Shown here in pieces: positions 48,810-59,935 of a DNA stretch of 64,000 nucleotides (positions are counted from its first letter, which is position 1; every line of letters starts with the position of its first letter). The position numbers and the translations under genes were made by a program. Origin of the DNA: Octopus bimaculoides (lineage: Eukaryota); assembly GCF_001194135.2 (NCBI RefSeq), contig NC_069003.1, forward strand, positions 36,489,718-36,553,717, given 5' to 3'. The notes below the pieces were generated by a model that was not told the DNA's origin, searched no databases, and saw only the letters and a list, made by a program, of their open reading frames with translations.

Positions 48810-50792
48810 CGTGTGTGTACGCGTGCGTTTGACTGTTGGTTAAAGCCTTCTCATGAGGTTTTCCGATAACAGCGTTACCTCAACTAATATTTATGCTTTG
48901 CTTACATTTATTNNNNNNNNNNNNNNNNNNNNNNNNNNNNNNNNNNNNNNNNNNNNNNNNNNNNNNNNNNNNNNNNNNNNNNNNNNNNNNNNNNNNNNNN
49001 NNNNNNNNNNNNNNNNNNNNNNNNNNNNNNNNNNNNNNNNNNNNNNNNNNNNNNNNNNNNNNNNNNNNNNNNNNNNNNNNNNNNNNNNNNNNNNNNNNNN
49101 NNNNNNNNNNNNNNNNNNNNNNNNNNNNNNNNNNNNNNNNNNNNNNNNNNNNNNNNNNNNNNNATATATCAAAACTATTTTGATATATAACTCTGCAGAA
49201 TATTTAACTTTAATATGTACCTCACATAAATACAACTACATACCAGGTTGTAATACTGGAATAAGTACGTATGCTTCAAGAGGACACAGCTAGGATTTTA
49301 CCCTACCTACACAAACAAATATATTGTATATTTCACAACCCCGTTGCGCCAACCAGTGAGAGGTACTCAAGATATAAAGGTGTTAGCGTAGTGATTAGTG
49401 TAACTGGCATATTTCCAGGTATCATCAATTCTCTACATGCGGTGACTTCAAAGTAAACAATGTTGATTAACTAATGAAATTATAATTACATAAGAAAACA
49501 TTAAAACCGCCTAAATTTATCTGTTCTTAAAATGATAAAAGGGCGGATTCGGGAAATAGCTGTCCTTCAAAATCCCAAGCCACATGGGAAAAGATGTTTT
49601 TTTTTTCTTTCAAATATTCATATTCCTGTTTCATGCATCGGGCATTATAAGTTGAATAATAAAAATCTTTCCCAAAATTTCAGTTTTCCTTTTTTAAACA
49701 CTCTTGCCTCTAACTTCGTTTCCAATGAAGAAGTTATTTCAAAACTACGCCGATTTTAATATAACATTTATTTTCATTATCAACTACAAATGGCTGGACT
49801 AAATTTTCACATGGCATCAATGAATTTACTTCCGACACAGTAAATAAATAAATCTGATCATTAACTAATTTTATGGTAAAGCAGCGATGAAGAAAATTTC
49901 TGAAGAAGAAAATTGTCATTCAGAAGGAGATAAATTTGAATGACACTTGTATTTTTTTCTTTTTTTTTGAGATTTACAATGGCAGTTTAACCAGTGTGTG
50001 CGCGCGCGTATACAGACACACACATACATACATACATATAACTATATANNNNNNNNNNNNNNNNNNNNNNNNNNNNNNNNNNNNNNNNNNNNNNNNNNNN
50101 NNNNNNNNNNNNNNNNNNNNNNNNNNNNNNNNNNNNNNNNNNNNNNNNNNNNNNNNNNNNNNNNNNNNNNNNNNNNNNNNNNNNNNNNNNNNNNNNNNNN
50201 NNNNNNNNNNNNNNNNNNNNNNNNNNNNNNNNNNNNNNNNNNNNNNNNNNNNNNNNNNNNNNNNNNNNNNNNNNNNNNNNNNNNNNNNNNNNNNNNNNNN
50301 NNNNNNNNNNNNNNNNNNNNNNNNNNNNNNNNNNNNNNNNNNNNNNNNNNNNNNNNNNNNNNNNNNNNNNNNNNNNNNNNNNNNNNNNNNNNNNNNNNNN
50401 NNNNNNNNNNNNNNNNNNNNNNNNNNNNNNNNNNNNNNNNNNNNNNNNNNNNNNNNNNNNNNNNNNNNNNNNNNNNNNNNNNNNNNNNNNNNNNNNNNNN
50501 NNNNNNNNNNNNNNNNNNNNNNNNNNNNNNNNNNNNNNNNNNNNNNNNNNNNNNNNNNNNNNNNNNNNNNNNNNNNNNNNNNNNNNNNNNNNNNNNNNNN
50601 NNNNNNNNNNNNNNNNNNNNNNNNNNNNNNNNNNNNNNNNNNNNNNNNNNNNNNNNNNNNNNNNGAAACCGCTAACATTGTTTTGTATAAGTTTTGCTTC
50701 TGATAATATTACGAAGGCAGAAAATCATGAAAAAGAAATATCTACCTCCGATCCTTTCTGTGTCCAGGAGATCTTCTTTTCGGTAGTGGCAT
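33054..50792 (-). CDS. Arg/Ser-rich nuclear protein, probable BCLAF1/THRAP3 family, about 560 aa
   Basis: Phase-consistent exons 50746-50792, 46835-47146, 45441-46124, 44624-44704, 40619-40783, 37580-37641, 34551-34604, 34241-34302, 33286-33496 and tentatively 33054-33058 (GCA TGA). RS-rich N-terminus, SLTERF, PIFDREE, NPDDLRHSI and an RG/RS-rich tail. The family assignment is an inference from motifs recalled as TLHERF and DLRHDI. Confidence 0.75.
33286..33496 (-). CDS. RS protein RG/RS-rich C-terminal exon
   Basis: LGSKSEGSPRHD...RGGFRSRASRPLGRFRSQSRGSLSRRGRGR; aatag| acceptor, G|GTGAGG donor. Confidence 0.82.
33711..34112. mobile_element. Fold-back insertion (~170-bp inverted arms) flanked by a direct repeat; possibly Penelope-derived
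   Basis: Arms 33711-33881 and 33944-34112 are reverse complements; direct repeat agactattttag at 33696 and 34136; arms carry a cctgatga...cagccgaaac motif. Confidence 0.8.
34241..34302 (-). CDS. RS protein exon KYSDWKDGHDINNRSRGFHE
   Basis: tcttcag| acceptor, GAG|GTGAGT donor; phase 1-0. Confidence 0.78.
34551..34604 (-). CDS. RS protein exon SKYSKTSDPAVSFSKHS
   Basis: atttcag| acceptor, G|GTGAGT donor; phase 1-1; internal GTAAGT at 34572. Confidence 0.72.
35505..35700 (-). mobile_element. Retroposon copy (46255 family)
   Basis: catcatcatttaacgtt...catgctggcatgggttggacgatttg. Confidence 0.75.
37580..37641 (-). CDS. RS protein exon RKSGYQDGSYFDREYTPKRR
   Basis: tctctag| acceptor, G|GTAAGA donor; phase 2-1. 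Confidence 0.8.
37975..38200 (+). mobile_element. SINE with MetaSINE-like core
   Basis: aggcagcaagctggtagaatt...gagttcaaattcc...ggtcgactttgcttttcatcc. Confidence 0.82.
39500..40140 (-). mobile_element. Decayed LINE remnant, probably the same family as 1-790
   Basis: The minus strand gatacaaacaaatggattacagagaaagg resembles the QQMNYRER segment at ~220-240. Confidence 0.45.
40619..40783 (-). CDS. RS protein exon containing NPDDLRHSI
   Basis: tctaag| acceptor, AG|GTAAGT donor; phase 2-2. Confidence 0.85.
42330..42640 (+). mobile_element. Decayed LINE 3' end
   Basis: Segment resembling SFFPRTSTLWNSLP (ccttccttccgaaagtatcaactttctggaattttcttccc). Confidence 0.45.
44624..44704 (-). CDS. RS protein exon NPKEGYEGSRSLSSQRSSHDRWMGES
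   Basis: tttatag| acceptor, AG|GTAAGT donor; phase 2-2 (a different frame from the ORF-track prediction). Confidence 0.8.
45441..46124 (-). CDS. RS protein large exon (SLTERF, PIFDREE)
   Basis: 227 open codons; catag| acceptor, AG|GTCAGT donor; phase 2-2. Confidence 0.88.
46255..46535 (+). mobile_element. Retroposon with RTE-like 3' end and (GAT)n tail
   Basis: ggaagggcatccagctgtagaaac...aacccatgctagcatggaaag...acgtta..gatgatgatg. Related opposite-orientation copies at ~22730-23100, 27325-27460, 35505-35700 and 54560-54790. Confidence 0.8.
46685..46811. mobile_element. Tc1/mariner-type MITE with TA TSD
   Basis: About 29-bp TIRs cagggtatccacaaagtctgggtacatgg and ccatgtacccagactttgtggacaccctg, flanked by TA on both sides. 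Confidence 0.9.
46835..47146 (-). CDS. RS protein exon (R/S/H-rich)
   Basis: DRSPPSK...RRSPVNMKRRS; polypyrimidine ttcag| acceptor, AA|GTAAGC donor. Confidence 0.85.
47225..47550 (-). mobile_element. tRNA-derived SINE
   Basis: Reverse complement has the head ggctgtgtggtaagaagc...ggttccagattcagtccc. Further copies at ~5510-5700 (+), 10240-10545 (-), 51685-51933 (-) and 58610-58810 (-). Confidence 0.85.
47935..48160 (-). mobile_element. SINE with MetaSINE-like core
   Basis: Reverse-complement copy of the 37975 family. Confidence 0.72.
50746..50792 (-). CDS. RS protein first coding exon MPLPKRRSPGHRKDR
   Basis: aagATGcca start; AG|GTAGAT donor (phase 2) matches the acceptor at 47146. Confidence 0.65.
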
Positions 50793-50847
50793 CTTGAATT
50801 CGATTTTACAGTTAGATCTGTTGTACCTTTAATGAAGACTGATGAGT

Positions 50848-50877
50848 TTAGACGTCGATCTGGTTGACGGTCGCCAT
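50848..50877 (-). promoter_or_regulatory. Candidate uORF (MATVNQIDV*) in the 5' UTR of the RS gene
   Basis: aatATGGcg in strong Kozak context; TAA 55 nt upstream of the main ATG. Confidence 0.45.
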
Positions 50878-51684
50878 ATTGATTGAAGGTTAGGGAAGGA
50901 AAGGGAAATCTATGGAAGATCAGAAATACTAAAATTCATTTAGATAGTGCAGAAATATTTTTAAAAAGTGTTAGGAAGGATCAATGCAGGAAAGGAGATA
51001 ATCACTAATATATTGCGGATCATTCAACACTAAATTACAAAATAAGTAATGCTTTCCACTTTTTTCTAGATTTCACGTATATTCTCCGGTAGTTTCGTAT
51101 CAAAAATTTCCTCATTTATCCTATACGCATACATCCAATGTTTATCATTTTTATTATTGTTGTTGTTATTATTATTGTTATTCGTGTTAACCTGAAAGTA
51201 TGTCTTCAATATTTTCCCTTACAAGAGGTTTCCCCTCACAGTTTTTATTTTTGACGAAACAACTTCAATTTTATATGTTTTGTATTTTATAGTTTCCTTT
51301 GAATACACCATTTGGCATTTATCGTAGTTTCGTACGATCGCCATAACTACCAATGTGGAGTCCAACCTCCCCGCCGCCGCCGCACTCTAATATAGAGTTA
51401 CGTCCCGTTTCACTTTACTTCGAAGTAGGGAGTAATAAAAATTTTACGTAAATGATAAATTAAAAGTGGCCGAAGTTTAGCCAGACATATATACTTCCCA
51501 CATTGCACATACAATCTCTAAGCGGAACAATAAAACTGTGCAAGGTTTTTCTTAAGTTCAAAATTTGAATTTGTTTTCCTTAACCACATTCCAATAATGG
51601 AACTTTATATCTTTGGTAGAAACCGGTTCCTTCTTTACAGTAAGATTTCAAATATTTGAAAATAGCGGACAACATGCATACATG

Positions 51685-51896
51685 TCTTTTACTTGTTTCA
51701 ATCATTAGACTGCGGCTATGCTGGGGCACCGCCTTCAAGAATTTTTAGTCCAATGAATCGACCCCACAACTTTTTTTTTTAAAGCCTGGTACTTATTCTA
51801 TCGGTTTCTTTTGCCAAACCACTAGATACGAGGACGTAATCACACCAACACCGGTTGTCAAGCAGTGGTGGGAATCAAACACTCAAAGACACACAC

Positions 51897-51933
<37 letters not shown>
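51685..51933 (-). mobile_element. SINE copy truncated at an N gap
   Basis: cttttacttgtttcaatcattagactgcggctatgctggggcaccgcc...ctggtacttattctatcgg. Confidence 0.8.
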
Positions 51934-52430
51934 NNNNNNNNNNNNNNNNNNNNNNNNNNNNNNNNNNNNNNNNNNNNNNNNNNNNNNNNNNNNNNNNNNN
52001 NNNNNNNNNNNNNNNNNNNNNNNNNNNNNNNNNNNNNNNNNNNNNNNNNNNNNNNNNNNNNNNNNNNNNNNNNNNNNNNNNNNNNNNNNNNNNNNNNNNN
52101 NNNNNNNNNNNNNNNNNNNNNNNNNNNNNNNNNNNNNNNNNNNNNNNNNNNNNNNNNNNNNNNNNNNNNNNNNNNNNNNNNNNNNNNNNNNNNNNNNNNN
52201 NNNNNNNNNNNNNNNNNNNNNNNNNNNNNNNNNNNNNNNNNNNNNNNNNNNNNNNNNNNNNNNNNNNNNNNNNNNNNNNNNNNNNNNNNNNNNNNNNNNN
52301 NNNNNNNNNNNNNNNNNNNNNNNNNNNNNNNNNNNNNNNNNNNNNNNNNNNNNNNNNNNNNNNNNNNNNNNNNNNNNNNNNNNNNNNNNNNNNNNNNNNN
52401 NNNNNNNNNNNNNNNNNNNNNNNNNNNNNC

Positions 52431-52820
52431 CTCCAGTTGTCTTCTACATTGTGTAAAGCTATATCCCCCTCTATTTCGTCAAAGGCTTAGAGACTTATTA
52501 CTCGAAGCCCTCGACGAAATAGAGGGGAATGTAGCTTCACACAATGTAGAAGACAACTGGACGTTTCTACGGGACAACCTGCTGATGGCCACTGACCAGA
52601 TCTGTGGATGGTGCAAAGTCCCCTCTCGACCCAAAATCACGTGGTGGTGGAACAATGTTGTTGGCAGGCCTATTAGACAAAAGAAACAGGCTTGGAAGGA
52701 CTGGAAGAACGGTGGTAGCAGGGAATTGTATCAGACTGCCGGAAGGAAAGCTAGGCGACAGGTTTATTTAGTCAGAGGGGAAGCAGATGAGAAAAAATTT
52801 GCCAATGTTCTGCTGAATCA
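52431..52820 (+). mobile_element. RTE-type LINE fragment (EN-RT linker), relatively intact
   Basis: Open frame VEDNWTFLRDNLL.ATDQICGWCK.PSRPKITWWWNN...KKQAWKDWKNGGSRELY; begins at an N gap. Confidence 0.8.
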
Positions 52821-53549
52821 CTCTCATTTTATTCATTATTAGCATATATCAATAACGTAACTTTCCTGTTTTAAACAATGCTATGAGAATTAGAAATTTG
52901 TCATTGAATGTTTACGATACACATAATCAAACGAAGTATGAAATGAAATATAATTTAAAATGAACAAACTTATGCATACATTCCGTATCAAATTAATCAA
53001 TTCATATATTGAATTTCAGGGGAGTGTATCAAGAAATATATCAGTTATGAGTTTTCTCCCTTGACGAAATAACTTTTGGTGATCATTTTATATTTCTTTT
53101 TCAACGGTGAAGAAATTTTATTACTTATTATTTCATTACTTTGGTTTACTAAATATTTTCGGGCTATTAACAGACCACTCTTCTGAATGGGACCACTCTT
53201 CTTGAATAGTACCTATTTTATCTACGCGACCATTTTACTTTTTTCTACTCTAGTGCTTATAATATCTAATATCAGTTCCTCACATTGACATAAGACTTCC
53301 TATTGGCAGGAATGGAGAGAAACGATTGAATCAATATTCAATATGTAATTGATATGTATTTGATCGATCACAGTGTTGTGAAAAGCAAAATTAAATCCCG
53401 ATGGAATATGAGTTTACAAAGCGTGAAAATGAAATTAAAAACATGGTTGTCTTCTGTCTTCACCACTTCTCCCCCCACTCTCTCTCTCAGTCTAGTAATG
53501 CTGAGTCTGCAGTAATATTCTTAAAATACTTTCATTAATCGATATTAAT

Positions 53550-53950
53550 AGGGTGGTGGAGGCAGCGAGCTGGTAGAATCGTTAGCGCACCGAACAAAAC
53601 GTTTTTCAGTATTTCTTTCGACTTTACGTTCTGAATTCAAATTCCGTCGAGGTCGACTTTGCCTTTCATCCTCTCGGAATCGATAAAATAAGTACCAGTC
53701 GAGTGCTAGGGTCGATGTAATCGACATCCCCTTACTTCCTCCAAGCAATTTCAGGTCTTGTGCCTCTTGTAAGAAGAAATATTAATAGACTGGTGGGTTG
53801 GCTGGATTCCTTATGGGATTTCTTCCAGTCTTTAAAGTTCTGAGTTCAAATCCTGATGAGGTTCAGCTTTGCTTCCTACCCACCTCTCACATCGATAAAA
53901 TAAAATACTATATGAGTCCTGGGGTAGATATAATCGACTATTCCCGTTCA
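53550..53950 (+). mobile_element. Two tandem SINEs with MetaSINE-like core
   Basis: ggcagcgagctggtagaatcgttagc...ggtcgactttgcctttcatcc (53550-53785) followed by an older copy (53800-53950). Confidence 0.82.
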
Positions 53951-54559
53951 TCTCCACCCGTGACGATGTTTGAAACTAGCAATTTCACGAACTGAATGCA
54001 GTGATGTGATTAAAACCCAAACTTGTTACTATTTCAAATATGCACGGTCTTCCTACGGAATCCGTCGCAACCTTTTTTGAACTGGCAACAAGTTTATAAT
54101 CAGTAATTAATGTTAATTTATTCACAATCTGATGTTCCACTATATCGCTTTCTCGCATTTTTGGCAGCATTAATAGCTTCGATATTGTCCTTAAATCATT
54201 TCTTTGCAAGCTGGGGAGATATAAACGTATATGTTTAAAGCAAGGGAGTTCCAAAATTTATTTAAATAAGAGACGAGCAAAGTAAAACCGAGGATTAGTT
54301 AAGCAGGGAAACAACTCTGGATATGGTTTAGTGTTATTTTGGTGTCAAGCTTTCCAACATAATTTGAAAATATAGCTAATACAGAAAATTGTACATTTAT
54401 TGGCATAAAAAAAAAGTAGATTATTTGAATTTTAAGTTTTTGGTTGTGCTCTTACATCATCATAAGACTGTAATATGTAACGATTGATATAAAATATGCA
54501 ACTGTAATATAAAAATGTTATATGTAAAAATGAAACTTTTCTCTATTCATCATTATCAC

Positions 54560-54790
54560 CATCATCATGCGAGCATAAAAAAGTAGACGTTTTAACGTCC
54601 ACTTTTCTATACTTGTGTGGGTCAGGTGAAATTTTATCGAAGTGAATTTTCTACGGTTGGATGCCCTTCCTGTCGCCAATCCTCAACTGCTTTCAAAGGT
54701 GATATTTCCCCATGACCAGACATGTTTCTACAGAAGACTGGGAATGAAAAACAGCGCTTGTGTGATATAGACATTCATATACAACTATCA
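54560..54790 (-). mobile_element. Retroposon copy (related to the 46255 family)
   Basis: tttaacgtccacttttc...ggttggatgcccttcctgtcgccaa. Confidence 0.7.
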
Positions 54791-54797
54791 CGTGATG

Positions 54798-54834
<37 letters not shown>

Positions 54835-55288
54835 TGTATGTTTACACACACACACACACACAGGGATATAGATCTATATATACATCTGTGAATTCTGTTG
54901 TGTCTGGGGAGAGTCATTCTCTTTTGCTTCGACACATAAAGAATCCTGCAAACCAAATCCAAAAACGAAATACATCTGTGAAGACAGACACAATATAACA
55001 ATATATAAGTTATGAAGTATAACTTATCATCAAAGGAAGTTACTTTTCCTTTTCTCACCCACTCTGTGTGTGTGTGTGTGTGTGCGCGCGCATCGATATG
55101 ACTTGCTGATACGCGCATCATTATTTTATTATTGTCAGCAAAGAAGAGAAGTTTCTTCAACGAGTTTGTTTATATAATAAAGAACAAAATTCTTTTGCTT
55201 CAAGATTTCCAGAGCTCAGAAATGCACTGGAATTTAGTATAGGCTTATGTCTACGATTACATGGATAAAAGATTTTATCGTCAGGGGA

Positions 55289-55744
55289 ATTCTTTCGCCT
55301 TGACTCGAAAGATCATAACAAGAGAACTGGGTAGTTTCTGTGATCACGTGTTGTCTTTTCAACTGTCAGTTGACATATCGGAATGGGAAGGGAAAGCTAA
55401 GGAGTTGTGAGTGCGTGCTTGTTTCTCTGTGTATGTGTGTGCGTTTGCGCTTGTTCCTTGTGTGTGTGTGTGTGCGTGCTTGTTCTTGTTTGTGTGTGTG
55501 TGCATGCTTGTTCCTGTATGTGTATATTTATCTACATTCCACAACACAAACACATAAAAACAGAACAGACACACACACACACAAAGGAACAGGCACACAC
55601 ACACACACAGAGGAACAAGCACACATGCACAACCCATCAGCTTTTTCTTCGATACGTCAACTGACAGTCGACAAAACAACACGTGATCACGGAAACTACC
55701 GAATTCTCTTGATTCTATGATTTTTCGAGTCAAGGCAAAAGAAT
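55289..55744. repeat. About 455-bp palindromic fold-back element
   Basis: Outer arms 55289-~55400 and ~55638-55744 are reverse complements; inner (GT)n/cttgttcct units are mirrored by (AC)n/aggaacaag units. Confidence 0.85.
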
Positions 55745-56239
55745 ACCAGAGACAGTTTAGTATAAAATCGTGGAAGACACAAACAAATGAACAGAACTTG
55801 AATTATAAGCAAGGGCCTGCGAATAGAAAGTGCAGGGGCTGCAAGTGCACTCACTAAAATTTTTAGCAGGTGCAAGATCAAAATTTTCACCCCTTACATA
55901 TTTTGCCAGGTTTAGAATATAACGTCTAAAAATTGATCTGTAAAAAGTGGTTTGAAGTTAGGTTCCTTCTCGAAAAGATTCCCAAGGGAATTCTCTAGAA
56001 GGATAGACTACTGAACTAAAGCATCGTCACTATCAAAATCTAAAGTATATATAGACAGCAACAACAGCATGGCCACTCCTCAAAACTAGCACAATTGATG
56101 ACCTATGAAAAGCCCTTCACTGTCCAACGATCCACATTCTTCGTTTTCTCCGAATACTACAACTGATCCATCGTCATCATCATCATCATTGCCATAATAT
56201 ACTTCACATTAATACATATACTATACGTTAATGCAAAAA

Positions 56240-56722
56240 ATATTGTGTTCATTGACTATCTTCAAAATGTTCATACCATGAATGGCAAGTTCAATGCCAA
56301 CTTGCTGAGGCAGTTATGAAAGGCTACCAAGACCAAACAACCAGAAAAACCGATGAATGGGGTCTTGTTTCATTAGGACAATGCTTCAGCACACAAGTCC
56401 TTGGTTTCAATGGTTGCTGTGCATGACTGGCTTTGAACTGGTCGATCACCCCTCCCTATGTTAGTAATTTGGTTCCATCTGTTTCCCAACGTAGAAAAAC
56501 ACTCAGCTGGGCACCAGTATCTCTGTGATGATGACATCTTATCTGCTGTTGGTGACCATTTTGACCAACAGAATAGCTTCTTGACCAGTGCGATCCAAGC
56601 ACTGCAACTACCGATGGAAGTGTGTGGACAGTAGGAGGAACTACGTTAAAAAACGGACTTCATTTGGTCAAATTCCATGAGAATGTCTTGCTCAGCCTAT
56701 GAACATTTCAGCCGACCCTCAT
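56240..56722 (+). mobile_element. Mariner transposase 3' remnant with right TIR
   Basis: GVLFH*DNASAHKSLVSM...FELVDHP (DNA.AH and HPPYSPDL motifs) and KCV....GDYVEK-like end, followed by the TIR-like gaacatttcagccgaccctcata. Confidence 0.88.
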
Positions 56723-57248
56723 AATTATAAAAATTATTATTACTATACCTGCATTTGTTTTAATGTTAACATTGCACCCATTAAAGCAAATTTTGTTGCT
56801 GGGCCATTGATTATAAGAGTCAAAGATTTTGTGTGTGCATGCATGCATGTATGTATGTATGTGTATGCATGTATGTGTGTATATGTGTATGTATGTCTGC
56901 GTGTGTATGTATGTACGTATGTATGTATGGACCGTACACATCTACCGCATAGATCAGTTCATGAAATGCATTCCAGTATTCAGTTACATCCTATCACGTT
57001 TTGCGTTCAAATTTCGTCGGAATGTATTTTTCATCTTTTTCGAGTTGAGGAAATAAAAACCAGGCACGTACTGGAAGCGATTAAATGGCTCTGCCTGTTT
57101 TAGAAACCATTATACTGTGATGGAATAAAAGACGCACCCTTATCTCAGTAGATCTTATTCGGGGAAAATAGTTTTCAGTGCATTAAAACTTATGGGAAAC
57201 CCAGCTTTACATACAGGAATTGGGGAGATTTTTTTAAAAAACCAAGTA

Positions 57249-57432
57249 CAGTACTCTCTCGCCATATCGCAGTTCATATATCGCGGTTTGTTTCGCATTC
57301 ATAATAAAATAAATATATATAAATTATAAAAATAATAATAATGAAATATACAGTACAGTACTGTTTCTACTTCGCGTATTTTCATCTATCGCTGGGTAGA
57401 TGGGCTGGAACGTAACACCCGCGATAAGATTG
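57249..57432. mobile_element. Pogo/Tigger-like MITE, same family as 16240-16404
   Basis: cagtactctctcgccatatcgcagttcatatatcgcg matches the reverse complement of 16368-16404. Confidence 0.7.
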
Positions 57433-58609
57433 TACGTCTTAAATGCTATCAAGTACAGTAATTTTATATTGTTGGACTTGAAATTTACTACAGTATCAAT
57501 ATAGTGTAGGTTAAAAGATAAAAGAAAATACGCAGTCATATCCATGCATTTAGTCTGGCTGTGAAATTAACCCCAATGAGGGGGGTTTTCGGTAGCTTCA
57601 GAAGAAGGCCAAAGCGGTCGATTTCATTGATATTTAAAACATATTTGCTGTTATTTAACCAGAGGTTTTATTTTTCCCTCACTTTCCCATAACGCCGATC
57701 AAAATACTAATTATCAAATTGCAAACAAAAATGTGGTTTAGACACAAATTGTGTAGATATTGACTGAAGGTTGACGGCTTGACAGGAATTATTTCAATTT
57801 GGATAGAGCAAGGATTATAAATGAATAAAATATACGAACTCATATCCCTATGTTTATCGTCTCTCTGTGAAAAACCTTCGCTGCTCTAACTTTCTGTTTC
57901 TCTTTTTACTTACATTTAATCATTATTCTTCCAGACGGACCACTGCTGTTGTAGCTTTTGGGATTCTGCATCAAAATATTTAATTTCTTCCCTTCGCTGT
58001 TTGACGTTGGGGATCAGCTTTGACGGACTATGAGAGTGAAGGTATTTGATGTATGTGCTATGGTCGCTTGTGTATATCAAAGTTGAATCATACCAAGAAG
58101 TGTTGATAGCTGTCATTAAAAGCGGCCTCTATAAAAAAATCATAGCGCACTTGAGAAATTTTCCTCACTTCTATGAATGTCAGAAAATGTCACAACTGTA
58201 ATTATTTAGAAATTTGAGTTGTGTACGGAAAATTATCCGACAACATAAACAACGGTTAGAAGAATATTATGTCAAGCCAGTTCCCAAAATACTAATGGGA
58301 ATGTTTTCACAGAGTTATTCAAAAGGTTATCTGTCATACATTCCCTTATTTGGCGAATTCCAAAAAAACCTTAAAGTTTTGAAACGTATTTACACATAAA
58401 AATCTCCTTAACTTATCTAATTTTTAATCTCTCTCACATACAGACTTCCCTCATGACATACACAAAGAGGCAAAGCTGACAAAGAGGGTGAATGACACCG
58501 TCTACTCTGTAGACCAATACCGAAGGATCACCATATATATNNNNNNNNNNGCAAGTGACCTGATCTGAGATCGTGTGCTGGAACGAAAACAATTGCAGTG
58601 GTGGGTGAC

Positions 58610-58810
58610 AAACACAGGCAAAAAAAAAACACACACACACACATATACAAAGGGCTTCTACATAGTTTCCATCTACTAGATTCACTCACAAGGCAGGGCA
58701 TTGGTTGGCTTGGGGCTATATTAAAAGATGTTTACCCAAGGTGCCACACAGTGGGACAGAACCTAAAACCACATGGTTGCAGAGCAAGCTTCTTAAACAC
58801 ACAGCCAAGA
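58610..58810 (-). mobile_element. SINE copy (47225 family, 5' part)
   Basis: gggcttctacatagtttccatctac...aaggtgccacacagtgggac...agcttcttaaacacacagcc. Confidence 0.75.
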
Positions 58811-59729
58811 CTATATATTTTGAAATTAATATATTTTAATATGTTAAATATGCTCAATAGATTGTTTAGTATAACTAGTATAACTTGACTCTACCAGCCA
58901 TCATGTTTCATATTTCAACTCTTTGTAAGAAATGGAAAAAAAAGGAAAAGTGTCGCAATATTGACTGGATTGCAGATAACACAAATTTGAACTAAGAAAC
59001 TAGCGTCAAGATGAAGTACTATGATGCTGTTGTTGTTGTTGTTGTTGCAGTTGTTTTTAGTGATTATAAAAAGAGAAGTGAAAACTAGGAAAGTAAAAAA
59101 TGAATCCGATAACTGAAATATAAAAATCATCCATTTGAATATCAATTAAGATAATTTTCTCTTCACTTTGAATAAACAAATTAAGAAGCAATCCCACTTT
59201 TTCAATTTTTATGACCTCATTTACAAGACATTTTTTTTTAACGCCATTCTTTAAAGCAATGGGGTTTTTTTTTGTTGTTGCTTTTTATTTCTTTCATTTA
59301 AAAATTTAAAACTCCATGCAGTGACTAAACTTTTTTAAAAGGACTATTTCTTTTAAGAATTAATCTTCTTCTGCTGGGAAATCTATTCCATGTTGATGTT
59401 CTTCAACAAGATTTCAAGCAGAGAAAAACAGAAATAATGTCCCATTTCCCTTTGATAAATCTTAGGAATGTCAGAAATTTGTTGAAGATGTTTTGATTAT
59501 AGTGTTGCCAGGCTTCTGTCATCACCAGAGAGAGGAATTGTAACCTTTATACCCAACGTCTTTATTAAATGTGTTAAATATATTTATGCTATTTCTTTGG
59601 TATGTTGAAATGGTAATTTACCCACTGAAGAGTGGAGAGGGAATCACACACTACAGCAACCCCTGCATCTAAGTTAGTATTAGAAAAGTAAATACCCCAC
59701 AGTCAGCTCCAGCATCCAGTTCTATAAAC

Positions 59730-59935
59730 TGTGTATGAGCATGTGTGTGTGTGTGTTTATATACACATACATACATATATGCAAATGTGTAAGTATATTT
59801 ACATACATATATATGTCTATATGTGTGTGCATATATATATGTGTGTGTGTGTGTATATACATATATATTCATATACATGTATATATATATATATATATAT
59901 ATGTACACACACACATATACATATATATACATACC
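59730..59935. repeat. Compound (TG)/(AT)/(AC) microsatellite
   Basis: Read directly. Confidence 0.9.
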
